Below, piece after piece: positions 1-12,610 of a stretch of DNA of 41,426 nt (within the stretch, counting starts at the first letter, position 1; each line of letters begins with the position of its first letter). The stretch is from Octopus bimaculoides (taxonomy: Eukaryota). The stretch covers positions 89,960,495-90,001,920 of the forward strand of contig NC_068986.1 in the NCBI RefSeq assembly GCF_001194135.2, read 5' to 3'. A program made the position numbers and the translations under genes. The notes beneath the pieces are model-generated. The model saw only the letters and a program-made list of their open reading frames with translations. It did no database searches and was not told where the DNA came from.

Positions 1-967
1 TTTTTTTTTTTTTTTTTTTTTTTTGTCTTGCTTAAATTTTAAAAAAATAATAAATTACGTCAACCATGAATGTGCCTCTTCGTGGTGGTCGAGATCTGTT
101 TGAAACAGCTGCCAAATCTCAAATCACATCGTCCTCACTTCAGAATAGACAACTTGTTTAAATTTCAACAGGATTTCATAGCAAATTACTTGCCAAACAA
201 GTACCACTTAAAAATGTGTGTATGAGGCAATAAGCACAAAAAAGAAGACAACAGAAGGGGGAATGCATATGTACGTAATGTGTAGATAGATAATAGAAAA
301 TGGACTGAACGACATTCTTGATCTCTGGTATCCTTTATTTGCATTCCTTCGTTACATGCTCCCAAGGATACATTCTGTCTCCACATCATTTTATTTCTCC
401 TCCACACTCCTGTACCCACCCATATAACATGGTTTAGCACTGCCTCTAGGCCTCACCTCCCTTACCATTGACACTTTCTTTTTATTTCCTTCCTATAACT
501 TAATTGCCCTTATCTTACTCAACTCTCCCCCATTGTCTCATCACTCTCTAACCCTCTCTCTCTACTCCTCACCCCAACACTACTTTTCATTTTCCCTCCT
601 ATTAGTCCTTCCCTAACAGTGTCTGTACCCTTACTAAACAATGAACCTGTGTAACTCCAATAAGAAATGCCTCAGATCTTGACGAACTGTCCACCCCTGC
701 TGTCATGGTAGATAGACTGGTTTACCCTATCTCTGGGTCCACCTCTTTAACTTACCCAATTATCATTACTCTTCCTCTACTCCCACTCCAACACTAACTC
801 CACTGTGACTCTCTCCATACCAGCTTCTCACAATAAATTTATCCCTTCCATCAAGGGGTGGCATTCTTTTGCTTTACAAGCTGCAAGGTGACCTCAACTG
901 TGCAACTGACACAAAAAGCATCCAGCAGACTTTGTATGACATTAGTAAGCAATTTGAGCAATGACAA

Positions 968-1036
968 TTGATGGCTTGAGAGAGCTCATTAGCCTTGTTG
1001 ATGGCATGAGAGAGCTCATTAGCCTTGTTGATGGCA
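968..1036 (+). repeat. About 2.3 x 30-bp tandem repeat
   Basis: TTGATGGC(T/A)TGAGAGAGCTCATTAGCCTTG units. Confidence 0.92.
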
Positions 1037-1562
1037 AGGCAACCCTAATAGTGCTGGTGTTATGATAGATGCAGCCAGTACACTCAGTAAAGTGGTTGGT
1101 GTTGGAAAGGGCATTCAGTCATGGAAACCATGCCAAGATTGAGGTGTGGCCCTCTGACTCATTTGAATCCTGTTGAACCATCCTGCCAGCATGGAAAACA
1201 GACATAAAAATGATGATGATGGTGTTGTGTAGCCCTAAATATTTAATAAAGCAATTAAAGTAATTCACATTATCATATAAACCATATATAATTGAAATTG
1301 ATTTCTTCTGTGCATTTCACTTCTACTTATTGATTTTATTAGATTATTTATGTCTTTTTATGTTCCGAATTTAAATCTTGCCAAATCAGCTTTGTTTTTT
1401 GTCCTCTAACTTGCTTTAGAAATGAGATGTTTACAGACATTGTTTGGTTAAGAAGCTTGCTTTTGCAGTCATGCGGTCTTGGGTTCATTCCACAATTTGG
1501 CATCTCGTGCAAGTGTCTTCTACAATAGGCCCAGCTGACTAATACGTTGTGAATTTGGAAAA

Positions 1563-1812
1563 TGGAAACTGTGTGGAAGCCCATCATATGTATGTGTGTG
1601 CCTCTGTCCCCACCTGCAGCTGACTGATAACTGGTGTTGGTTTGTTAACACCCCTGTAACTTTGCAGTTTAGCAAAAATGACCATAAGAATAAGTACCAG
1701 ACTTAAAAAGAAGAAAAAGTACCAGGGTCAATTTGCTCAACTAAAACCCTTCTAGGTGGTGCCCTAGTATGGCCACAGTCTAATGACCAAAACAAGTAAA
1801 GAAATAAATAAA
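1563..1812 (+). mobile_element. Diverged 3' part of SINE family 2
   Basis: ATAAGAATAAGTACCAG...TATGGCCACAGTCTAATGACCAAAACAAGTAAA resembles the reverse complement of 11163-11330. Confidence 0.6.
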
Positions 1813-4559
1813 GAGAAAATACTGCGTTTGTATGTTTGCGTGTGTGTTATACTGAACTGTTTGGTTGTCCATCAAGCCCACATCAATTCTGATTGCACTG
1901 ACCAAAGATACTCCAGCTGGTCTTTTTTAAGGCCATACCTGGGACTACAATATCTACTATGCCATGTAACTTTCCTCTTCTCCTTTTCAAGTCAGTAAAA
2001 TTTGGTTTTAAAGGGTTGGACCCTGCTATTTCTAACAAGTTGAGTGACTGCATATGTTACATATGTTTGAACAAGCATATTGATGTGGAAAGTGAAAAAT
2101 GGGTTTTTTTATTATTAATATATTTAAAGGTGAGCTACTATGACCACCATCGACACCACCACTACTGCCATCACTGCTTTAAATCCTCATTTTGTTTACA
2201 TGTTTTGCTACAAAGACTTCCTTCCATCTTCTCACCACCTTTCTTTTCTGGGGGGGGGGTTCTATCTCCCCTCCCCTTCCTCTCTCTCTTCCCATCCCAT
2301 GCTTCTCATTATTGAATATGTCATCATTTAATTTATTACAATCAATAATTGTGTGTGTATACGTGTGACAAGCAGTTGCCGTGTGGTCAGGCCGTCCGTC
2401 TGTTAACCAATTTCCTTGACCCGGTTTCATACTTAAATGAGAATCACTTCAGCTTATGCTAAATAATCTTTGAGACAGACACGAAAACCATATCTTATTT
2501 CCTTAATGTTTTTCTATCTGATCTGTCATTTCTTGCCCTCACCCTTTGTCTGTGTATTAAAGATGCACAGTGCTATTTACAAAGGGATTAATGTCAACAT
2601 TCTGATAGGTAGAGAAATAATTGGTAACAGATTGTAGAGAGCTAAAATGGAGACGGGTCAGGGACAGGACGAGGTTTCTTTTAAATACCAGAATTGTTTT
2701 TGGTATTATATAGTAGTATCGTTCTTAAGCACATTGGTTCCATTGATGTGATGGTATAAGATAAGTGGTGTACGGAGAGATATTAGTTACATCTCATACC
2801 TGCTGAAGCAATGCCACTATTAAAAAAATCTTATCCGTTTGACACACTGCTTCTCTGTCGCTTTATCTCTCGCAATAACATACGCTTTTATTCTAGATCT
2901 GTATTAATAGCTGAAAAATTTCAAATCACTGGTGGTTGTCTATTTAAGGAAGTAATTTTTTATTACCTCTCTTCCTCCTTCCACAAAAGGACAATCATTA
3001 TAAATGCAGACTTTTTAATCATTATTTTCATATACCTACAGTTACTGAATTACCAACATTTATGTTTTTCTATTTAAAAAAAAAAAATTTATACTGATTT
3101 TCTTTCATGCCAGAAAGGCTTAGGTTGGTTTTACAAATTTATCAGTTTGCATGAACTATTCAAACAACTGCTTCTTTCTTGGGCTAATTCACTGCTACTG
3201 TGAATTGGTGTGGAGGCAATGGTATGTATTCTTTCACTGAGTTATTTGAAGCAAGAAATGTAAAAAAAAGTTTCTAATACAGTCTTTGTTCATATCATCT
3301 ACATCTGATGCCCTGCTTCTCTCTCTCTCCCACTATAATGACCTCTGCTCCTCGGACTGCCTGAGCTCATTCTGCCTCCACTCAAGGCATTCCTGAACCA
3401 GTCATTCCCCTCTACTCATCACTCTGTATTCCCCACCACCACAAAGCCACGCTCCAATCTTTCCTCCCTTCCCAGAACATTGGTCTTTTGGAATTCTTGC
3501 CATGCTCATGTTTATCTCACTGGTATTAAGTTACAAAGGTTAAAAAAGAAAATATTAATGACAGCTTCTTAGTCTAAGAGGGACTGTAAAGGCAATATAT
3601 ACTGTTCTTTCTTCCAGACCCAGCAAAAAGACCAAAAAATATTAATCTAGGTTTCTGTTTTTCTCAAGAGACATTAATCCACATGAGACTTACCATATTA
3701 AAATGTTTGCATTTCAACTGAAATTTCATCATTACATGTATACAGTCGTCTTTTAGTTGTGTTTCAAGCACCAGCTTAATATAGCCATAAGTAAATAATG
3801 GTATAGCTGCTTTACTAAAGCAGGCAAATTTTCTAATTAGTTTGACAGTTAATTGAAACTAATTACTTTGATAGTTAACTGAAACACATGTAGTTTGTCT
3901 GTTGTTAAAAATATGGTCTTGGAAAGGTACTCACTTTCATTGTTGTCATTTGCTCTGTCAATAAATCATCTCTTGGCTTTGTGCCTTGGCAGTCATGTGG
4001 AATAAGTGATCCCTTTGTTGGAAAATAGGTTAGGATTGATGACAGGAAGAGCATCTAGCAGTAAACCAGTACCTCAATAATAGACTTGTTTAACCATTTG
4101 TTTAGACGAGAGTGTAAGAGGAGGGAAATATTTTGACAATGTATTAAAATTTAAAAAATCAGTTCTGACCAATGAAAGCTCCTTTTATTATACAAGTTAG
4201 AAAAATTTTCTAAAGTCAGTTAATTTGAATCCCTGCAAGTCAGTAGTAACGTGAGTGGTCGTGACAGTCATGAGAGACACCATTAAGTCAAGGATTATGG
4301 ATAAAATTTTGTTGTGGAAGAAAAATGATTAGCTAATAATGTACATGTGTGGGTGTTAGAATGTGCAGTGATTGTTTGCATTGAATAAAGGGAGAGAAAG
4401 AATTGCAGCAGCAGGTTGTGAATTACAGCAGTCAAATTGAATGATTAGTGTTTATAGAATCTAGGGTGCTGGTATATAAAGAATGTTTTAACCCAATAAA
4501 TGCAGAGGTTTTTCAATAGTTAACCAAAAGTTGGGATAATTGCAGCAGATGACGTAAAG

Positions 4560-6300
4560 AATTCAATGGCATTCCCTACACTTTCCCAGTGTTGAAAGCT
4601 GTAGTTTTAGTCCATTATACAATAACAATTTAATTTCTTCACCTTTGTTCCCAATGGTGACAGTGGAGTCGCAGTATCTTCTACAGTTAAAATTTTGCAG
4701 GTTAATATATATTTCTGACTTGTATCATTTCATTTTATTGACCTCACTTTTTAAAGGTGTTATCTAAATCACCCTCTCTAGCCTTGTACAGCTTGCATTT
4801 AAAACTCTTAAAACTTCCACAATGTCTGATCTGTCCTGGTGACCACAACATATATCATCATCATCGTCGTCGTCGTTTAACGTCCGCTTTCCATGCTAGC
4901 ATGGGTTGGACGATTTGACTGAGGACTGGTGAATCGGATGGCTACACCAAGCTCCAATCTGATTTGGCAGAGTTTCTACAGCTGGATGCCCCTCCTAACG
5001 CCAACCACTCCGAGAGTGTAGTGGCAACATATATAACAGCTAAAACTATCTCTCACTTCATGGCCTTGAATACTTTAACCCTAATTAATTACTGGCTACT
5101 CATAGAATACTGTCACTGTGTCTTTCAAGCCTGTACTGCATATCTGAGACACTGCTGCTGCTACTTCTACTACACGCACGCATCCTAGACAGCTGGACCA
5201 TTACCTTATTGACAAAAGAAAACGCATTCCCCAATACCTTCTGACCTCTGACCCACAAATATACTCTCTTTCCCCTCTTTGTGTCTTCAGTTGCTATGTC
5301 AGTAGCATCTACTTTCTTAAACTTATCAGCAGCTTACCTTTTCCCCAAGGCCTACCAAACAAACATCTCTCTTCCTTTTTATCACCCATTAATGTTTCAA
5401 CTCCCAGGCTCCACATTCACCACTTTGCTTGTGTCCCCCTACCGTTCCTCAGACTTTCAGTACTCTGGAATCCCCTTCTCCATCTATTTCTTTTTTCTTC
5501 AGATGTTCAATCTGTACATTAAGCATATTGGTCTAACCAGTCTTGGATTGCCTGCAAAGGTCAGGAGTAAACCATTTAAATCAACATTCATATCAATGAA
5601 ACAAATGCTTTTTCTTCTAGTTTCCGTTTTTTACCTTAGATGATCAGTTCACCTCTATTGTACCACCACTTCTGAGTGACTCTTTATCTCCCTCTTTTTC
5701 AAGTCACCATTGAGTAACCCATGACCCAACAGTCCATCTCTGCCAATGCCAAAATTCATCAATCCATTTTTGATTTTAATATCTTTGAAAAGGTTTGTTC
5801 CAGCAAAGTTGACCTGGGGTTAAACAACAATAACCTCTTTGAATTCATTGAAGTCCACCATTATCATCCCAATCCTGGTTTTGTTGTGTTTCATTCTTTT
5901 TCAGCTCTACTGTTTGAAGTCTTAGAACCATTAATACCATTAATAGCCACAGCCATGGAATACTGCCACTGCTTCTCCCAAATCCACGTTCTTTTTTGCC
6001 AAAGTCCTCTCTTCACCTTTTACTCTTTATCTGTTCTTCACACTTTAGCTATCACCTCTTTCTATTAATATTCCATCCAGCCATACCAAGTCTACCCAGA
6101 GTTCACTCCCAACATTGTACAACTAATCATTATTTCTGCACTGTTAATTCGATGGCGTTCCCTACACTTTCCCAGTATTGAAAGCTGTAGTTTTAGTCCA
6201 TCGTACAGTAACAAATTTAACTTCTTCACCTTTAACTGTCCTCAATGGTGACAGTGGGGTCACATTGTCTTCCACAGTTATAGTTTTGCAAGTTAATACA
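4560..6300 (+). repeat. About 150-bp diverged direct repeat (4560-4708 and 6146-6300), probably an old retroelement remnant
   Basis: Both copies share ATGGC.TTCCCTACACTTTCCCAGT.TTGAAAGCTGTAGTTTTAGTCCAT...CAATGGTGACAGTGG...TTTTGCA. Confidence 0.7.
4855..5024 (-). mobile_element. RTE 3'-end fragment
   Basis: (CAT)n-CGTTTAACGTCCGCTTTCCATGCTAGCATGGG...GGATGCCCCTCCTAACGCCAACC, matching 17993 and 22539. Confidence 0.85.
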
Positions 6301-6329
6301 TGTCTGTTTCAGTATGCAAGTTAATACAT

Positions 6330-6716
6330 GTTGTTGTTGGCACTCCGTCGCTTACGACGTTGAAGGTTCCAATTGATCCGATCAACGGAACAGCCTGCTC
6401 TTGAAATTAACGTGCAAGTGGCTGAGCACTCCACAGACACGTGTACCCTTAACGTAGTTCTCGGGGATATTCAGCGTGACACAGTGTGACAAGGCTGGCC
6501 CTTTGAATTACAGGCACAACAGAAACAGGAAGTAAGAGTGAGAGAAAGTTGTGGTGAAAGAGTACAGCAGGGTTCGCCACCATCCCCTGCCGGAGCCTTG
6601 TGGAGCTTTAGGTGTTTTCGCTCAATAAACACTCACAACGCCCAGTCTGAGAATCGAAACCGCAATCCTATGACCGTAAGTCCGCTGCCCTAACCACTGC
6701 GCCATTGTGCCTCCAC
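6330..6716 (-). mobile_element. tRNA-Arg-derived SINE, full length
   Basis: On the minus strand: A box TGGCGCAGTGG, B-box-like GGTTTCGATTC and an (AAC)n tail. About 90% identical by eye to 10041-10429. Confidence 0.88.
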
Positions 6717-7151
6717 ACAAATTAATACATATGCAAGTTAATACATATGTCTGTTTCAGTATGTTTTGACTGAAGAACCTGATTAGCTGGGGGTAATTAT
6801 TTCTCAGCTAGGCTGACTGGGCTCAGAAATGTGAACTGTCAAATGTAAACAATAAGTAATTTAATATTTGTACTGTTTCTTTATTGTTTCTTCTGCTAAA
6901 CACGAGGGAAATCCTAAAGAAAATACTTTCCCTATGGGTCCTTATGGTTCAGAAATAGATTAACGAGCTGCCAAAGGTTTCATTCCTAGCCATGGGTCAA
7001 CTTAACCAGTAAAATACTGGGCTCAATTGTCAATTTTAGAACTCTTCTGCATCAAAGAAAATAAAACCCTTGATCATAATCAATGAAAAATTAATATTTG
7101 TGCAATTTCATATAATAATAATAATGGATTTAATGTATTTTATCTTTGCAG

Positions 7152-7224
7152 AGATATTATGACAATATATAATGAACCACCTCCAGGAATGTGTATAGTT
7201 CCAGACAAAGAAGATATTACAGAA
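7152..7224 (+). CDS. UBE2Z: UBE2Z/USE1 coding exon (first visible; (R)DIMTIYNEPPPGMCIVPDKEDITE)
   Basis: tttgcAG acceptor at 7150-7151 and GTAAGT donor at 7225. The 73-nt exon translates to a peptide resembling human UBE2Z RDIMSIYKEPPPGMFVVPD as I recall it. Missed by the ORF track. Confidence 0.93.
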
Positions 7225-7493
7225 GTAAGTGTCACTTAGCTACTCCTTCATATCACATAGCTTTTGTTGTGGGTTTCCATTTGTCAAGAGATGTGCAGCA
7301 ATTGTTCCACCTCTCTGCACTCTTGAGTCCATATCCAGTTGAGGTCAGTTTTGCCTATCTGAGTCTTTTAAAAAAACGTATCTGTCCAGAGCAGTGAATT
7401 GCATAGAATTGTTAGAGAGTCAGACACTATGCTTTGTAATATCTGTTTTAGCTCAAGTTCAAATTCCATCCGATCACTGAAAAACATGCTTAA

Positions 7494-7707
7494 CCCTTTC
7501 GTTACTGTATTTATTTTGAGATGTTCTGTGTTTCTTTCAGTTACTTTAAATATAACAAAGAATTTAGTAAAATAACTTAGTTATCATTAAGCTAGTGTTA
7601 GGAACATTAATTGTGACTAAGGTTTGGTGGACGATTTTAATTCAAAACTTTTGTAAACAAGACATTTATACTCAGAGCCAGTTTCAACTGGGTTGATAAC
7701 GAAAGAG
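7494..7707. mobile_element. TTAA-flanked piggyBac-like MITE
   Basis: TTAA|CCCTTTCGTTA...TAACGAAAGAG|TTAA; 214 bp. Confidence 0.78.
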
Positions 7708-7869
7708 TTAAGTCAAGAATTATAACCAACATATAGTAATATGAAAAAATCAATGGAAATACGGTTCTCTTGGCTCAATCAAAAGAGCAACTTTCACTGC
7801 ACTACCATTTCTTTGTAAAATTAGTTCTACATTGTTCTTACCATTCTCTGTTTCTGCTTGCTTCCACAG

Positions 7870-8057
7870 ATTCATGCATTAATTACTGGACCTTTTGATA
7901 CGCCTTATGAAGGAGGTTTCTTCTACTTTCTAATTCGGTGTCCCCCAGATTACCCCATCAGACCTCCACGAGTAAAACTAATGACTACTGGTGATGGTCG
8001 AGTCCGTTTTAACCCTAACCTTTACAGAAGTGGTAAGGTGTGTTTAAGTATCATAGG
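7870..8057 (+). CDS. UBE2Z: UBE2Z exon with UBC core and catalytic Cys ([63 protein letters not shown])
   Basis: ccacAG acceptor and GTAAGT donor at 8058; 188 nt. Contains the GPxDTPYEGG motif, FNPN in place of HPN, and the GKVCLS active site. Confidence 0.97.
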
Positions 8058-8454
8058 GTAAGTAAAACTTTTTATTTTTTGAGTACTTGCAACACCAAAC
8101 AGATTTCACTAACTTCCTTTACCTCATATCTCATGTCAATAAAATAATTATGATAAATACACTCTCTGCAGACCTGTAGGAAGAGCTGCCAGCAGACTTG
8201 TGCATAGTATTCTGTCACTAAACATTTTTTGATCAAACTGGAATGTCACAACTAATGTCCGTACTTTGTATCCTAACACCTATTATTTGCTTTGTCCTTT
8301 GCCAATGCACTCATTATTTTACTGAATCAGTTCATCTAACTATGAACAGATACTATGAGGAAGTACAGTTTGATAGATTTTATTAACCTGCATCATTGAA
8401 CTCATCCTGCTATGAGCAAAATTGGAAGATTATCATTCTAAACTTACTTCAACT

Positions 8455-8615
8455 TCACTTGAGCCCTTTACTCTCTTTGGAGCATTGGCCATCAATGACT
8501 TTCCTCCACTGTTCTCAATTCTGGGCTGTTTTTTCTTTCTTTTTTGCTTTTCTCCAGTTAGATTCCTGCTTTTTCAACTCTGCCCCAGTATCCAGCTACT
8601 TTTAGGGATCTTCTT
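8455..8615 (-). mobile_element. Probable 3' end of a second RTE-type LINE family
   Basis: Minus-strand translation TAQN*EQWRKVIDGQCSKESKGLK* resembles RTE ORF C-termini (AQDRxxWRxLVxxLC). Confidence 0.45.
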
Positions 8616-8877
8616 AAAGCTATAATATTTTTTATCATTATGGTTGAATTAAAGCAGTTTTATTATACTAAAATGGAAAAGCATTAACTACTAAACCACA
8701 TGGGTCTTACCTCATGTCTCACTATTTCAGATTGATATTTTTATAGATGAAAACTCTTATTTTGTAAGTTGTGTAATTCCACAGAAGAGTTTCTCCCTCC
8801 CCACTCCCAACCATTATCCTTTACTCTTTTTATATAATAAATTAAAATTGTACCCTGCCATTTCTGCTTCTTTATAG

Positions 8878-8989
8878 GACCTGGAGCGGTCCATCCTGGA
8901 GTCCTGCCCAGTCTCTTTCCAGCATTCTGATATCCATCCAGTCTTTAATGAATGACAAACCATATCATAATGAGCCAGGTTTTGAGCAG
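8878..8989 (+). CDS. UBE2Z: UBE2Z exon ([37 protein letters not shown])
   Basis: tttatAG acceptor and GTACGT donor at 8990; 112 nt, phase matches the previous exon; WSPAQS and PYHNEPGFE motifs. Confidence 0.96.
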
Positions 8990-9141
8990 GTACGTATGAA
9001 TGTGTGTAAATGATACCTTGCTATAATTCTTCTCTCAAAACACCTGGAACATTTCAGCTCTAAACCTTTTCACGGAAGATAACTTTGAAATATATTCTTT
9101 AATGCACTTTATGTTACTTCTTAACTATCTCTCTGCTGCTT

Positions 9142-9320
9142 TCATCATCATCATCATCTAACGTCTGTTTTCCATGCTGGCATGGATTAGACAGTTTGAC
9201 CAGAGCTGGTCAGCCATAGAGTTGCCAAAGGCGCCAATCATCTGGCTTGGTTTCTACAACTGGATGCTCTTCCTGATGGCAACCACTTTACAGCGTGTAC
9301 TGAGTGTCTGTTACGTGTCA
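9142..9320 (-). mobile_element. Diverged RTE 3'-end fragment
   Basis: (CAT)n tail with TTCCATGCTGGCATGG and TTTCTACAACTGGATGC motifs. A similar copy lies at about 13525-13690. Confidence 0.7.
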
Positions 9321-10040
9321 TTTGCACAGGTGCCTTTTACATATCACCCAAGGAAATTAAAGACAAAAAAATTTCCATCTTATTTACTTTTTACATGAAT
9401 TTTTATGTCCATTTTTCCATGCTAGCATGGGTTAGACAAGTACATTATTGGGTCAGTGCTTTTACAGCTTGATGCCTTTTCTGTCACTAACTCTTATCTT
9501 TTTTTAACAATAAATGAACATTTATTCCACTCATTTTTGAAGGTACATGCATATAATTCATTTTGTAATTAAAATTCCAATATTTTATAATATATGTATT
9601 TTAACACATACTGTATAAAAAAAGAATAGTGCTAAAGGTAGTGTCAGATAAAAACCTCTTTCCTATCAATAAAGTATATCATAAATATTACTGCTCAAAT
9701 GTTATTTCAGTTATTATCAAACTATATTATACTTATTTACTAAAGCATTGTATTTCTTGTAAGTGAGCACCAGAAATTCATCATGTCACAAAATATTATT
9801 ACTGACAGGGAAAATGTTTATGGCAGATAATGTACCACAAAAATAGGCCATGGAATTTCCACAGGGTCTGCTAATGTGAATAAAGATAAACTTTGGTTTA
9901 AAAAGGCTAATTCTGTTTCTGATCCAATGTACTATGACTCTTTCCAACCTTCATTGCTTAGTTCAATAATGTGATGCCTCTATAATTTCCTCTCCCCAAT
10001 GTGTTTCCTTTACCTTTGTAGCAGTTTACTATGCCAGTCA

Positions 10041-10429
10041 GTGGAGGCGCAATGGCCCAGTGGTTGGGGCAGCGGACTCGCGGTCATAGGATCGTGGTTT
10101 CGATTCCCAGACCGGGCGTTGTGAGTGTTTATTGAGCGAAAACACTTAAAGCTCCACGAAGCTCCGGCAGGGGATGGTGGCGAACCCTGCTGTACTCTTT
10201 CACCACAACTTTCTCTCACTCTTACTTCCTGTTTCTGTTGTGCCTGTAATTCAAAGAGCCAGCTTTGTCACACTGTGTCACGCTGAATATCTCCGAGAAC
10301 TACATTAAGAGTACACGTGTCTGTGGAGTGCTCAGCCACTTGCATGTTAATTTCACGAGCCGGCTGTTTTGTTGATCGGATCAACTGGAACCCTCGACAT
10401 CAGAAGCGACAGAGTGCCAACACACACAC
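10041..10429 (+). mobile_element. tRNA-Arg(UCG)-derived SINE with 13-bp TSD
   Basis: tRNA-like head (TGGCCCAGTGG, GACTCGCGGTC, GGTTTCGATTCC) and (AC)n tail. Perfect TSD ACTATGCCAGTCA at 10028-10040 and 10430-10442. Confidence 0.92.
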
Positions 10430-10929
10430 ACTATGCCAGTCATTGGGCATGACACCTTCCTCTAATTTTGGTGAGTGGCCTGTATCCTACCTCACCAGAC
10501 ATTTAATATCTTTCTTTAGAACCATAGTTTTTGTTCATACTGTTTGTTTTAATAAACTTTTGTTAATCTCTTAAGAGTTGCCTAATCTTTCTGTTACAGT
10601 GTATCTTTCATTAGGTTGTGCTTAGCTTTTCACATTAAAGCTGTATCTAACCCTTCTCTTTACGGCCATGCCTAGTTCTTTTCAGAAAGGCTGTGCCTAA
10701 CCCCTCTTCTTAAACCTGTACCTAGCTCCTCTCATTAAGGCTATGTCCAGCCCCTCTCATTTGACCCTGATATGAACAACAAACCGAATCCTGTTTTGTT
10801 GTTTAATATTTGTGTTACTCTGTTTGTCTGGTGTAGCACTGTGACTTCTAATCATGTTATTTCTCCATATCTTTAGGTTTTAGAGACGATACACTTCCAG
10901 TGAATTGTTTCTATTTTTCTGTAAAACAG

Positions 10930-11042
10930 GAGCGTAACGTCGGTGATGCTAAACGATATAATGATGTGATACGGCACGAGTCTCTACGGGTTGCAGTTTG
11001 TGATATGTTGGAAGAACGATGTACCTGTCCACAAGCACTTCG
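10930..11042 (+). CDS. UBE2Z: UBE2Z exon ([38 protein letters not shown])
   Basis: aaacAG acceptor and GTATTG donor at 11043; 113 nt; IRHExxRVAVCDM motif typical of UBE2Z. Confidence 0.95.
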
Positions 11043-11162
11043 GTATTGTTGTTGTTGTTATCATTATTATTGTTTATTTTCCCAAACACTTCTTTGACAG
11101 TGTGTGTATGGTGTATTATCATCATCATCATTAACAGTAGTAGCTGAAAGGAAGAGCTCTAT

Positions 11163-11554
11163 TACTCTTTTACTTGTTTCAGTCATTTGACTGTGGCCAT
11201 GCTGGAGCGCCACCTTTTGTTGAGCAAATCGACCCCAGGACTTATTCTTTGTAGGCCTAGTACTTATTCTATCGATCTCTTTTGCCAAACCGCTAAGTTA
11301 CGGGGATGTAAACACACCAGCATCAGTTGTCAAGCGATGTTGGGGGGAGAAACATATACACACATGCACATATATATATACACACACACACATATACAAC
11401 GGGATTCTTTCAGTTTCTGTCTTCCAAATCCACTCACAAGGCTTTGGTCGGCCTGAGGCAATAGTAGAAGACACTTGCCCAAGGTGCCACGCAGTGGGAC
11501 TGAACCCGGAACTATGTGGTTCGTAAGTAAACTACTTACCACACAGCCACTCCT
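11163..11554 (-). mobile_element. tRNA-derived SINE, family 2 (internal TG/TA microsatellite)
   Basis: Minus-strand head AGGAGTGGCTGTGTGGTAAG...GGGTTCAGTCCC; closely matches 26572-26960. Confidence 0.85.
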
Positions 11555-11574
11555 ACATCTATTATATATTGATA

Positions 11575-11945
11575 AAGTATCAGTCAAAATGCTTTTTGCC
11601 CTTTACGTCCTGAGTTCAAATCCTACTGAGGATGGCTGCTTTTGTCTTTCCAGGGTCAATAAATAAAATATAATACCAGTCAAGTACTGGGGTTGATATA
11701 ACTGACTGGGCTTGTGCCTATGTAGAAAAATCATCATCATTATGATTATTATTTTTGGGAGTGGGTTGGTAGAATCATCAGAGCATCAGAAAAAATGCTT
11801 TGTAGTATTTGTTCTGAGTTCAAATCCTGTTCTAGTCAACTTTATCTTTCATCTTCTTAGAATTGATGATATATAGTACCGATTAGGTACTAGGATCAGT
11901 GATATTGACTAACCCCCTCCACCAAAATTTCAGGCTTTGTGCCTA
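11575..11945 (+). mobile_element. Two diverged SINE copies, family 3 (TGAGTTCAAAT...CTTTCATC...AGTACCAG core)
   Basis: The core motif recurs in reverse orientation at about 29700-29880, 37270-37445 and 38140-39005. Confidence 0.6.
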
Positions 11946-12419
11946 TATTAAGGAGTCAAGTTCTATGTATGACAAGTTTTGATTTTCGGTTGTAGTGATT
12001 TCATTTACAACTCTAATTATCATCATCAATGTTTTTTATGCTGTGGTGGCTTACATGCCTCTGCTATGCAGCATGACATGACCTGTTTCATTCTTTTGTC
12101 ATCTCATTTGTGAAACCCAGCATCATGAGATCCTACTTTACATGTTCCTTTATCTTTCCTATTAAACAGCTTTTTGTAATGTAGCACTCATTGTCCATTC
12201 ACAACATATGTCCATAGTAGAGTAGTCATTTCTCTTGCACTTGTTATCTTTAATTGCAGCTGCTGTCAATATGGAAAGCAGAACATTACCAGAGTCATGA
12301 GTGTTGGTTAGAATGCCTCATATTTGTTCTGATTCTCTGCACCAAGGTTAGGATCTCTCATGGAATTTATCCAGGTTTCCATGTGGTATAAGTAACTCAA
12401 ACTACAATACTCCCTCCTA

Positions 12420-12610
12420 AATAGGATGCCAGTCCATCACAGGTTTAACTTCCCAACTGTTGCTGGGACTTTTTTACAGCTAAGTGGACTGGGGCAACAT
12501 GAAGTATAGTGTTTTGGTCAAGAACACAATGCACTGCCTAGTGCAGGAATTGAAACTACAATCTTACAATAGTGAATGCAACACCTTAACCAATAGGTCA
12601 CTAGCCCTCA
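12420..12610 (-). mobile_element. Diverged SINE with tRNA-like head near 12600
   Basis: CAGCTAAGTGGACTGGGGCAACATGAAG...TTGGTCAAGAACACAATGC core plus a tRNA-like GGAATTGAAAC/CCTTAACC segment. Confidence 0.5.

Noticed and set aside
430-900. Pyrimidine-rich tract, with a similar one at about 28500-28960
   Set aside because: Both precede + strand RTE-type tails and are probably decayed retroelement sequence. I could not read a reliable motif, so I did not annotate them as separate features.
1-7151. Candidates for UBE2Z coding exon 1, e.g. donor-like ATG/GTATGT near 3221 and an ATG near 2647
   Set aside because: None encodes the expected ...RIK(R) ending in phase 2. The 3221 site would create TGA on splicing to 7152. 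Exon 1 is probably upstream of the window.
10041-10115. tRNA-Arg-like sequence (also at 6640-6716 and 11480-11554)
   Set aside because: These are SINE heads: they continue into a SINE body and tail, and one has a TSD. They are not functional tRNA genes.
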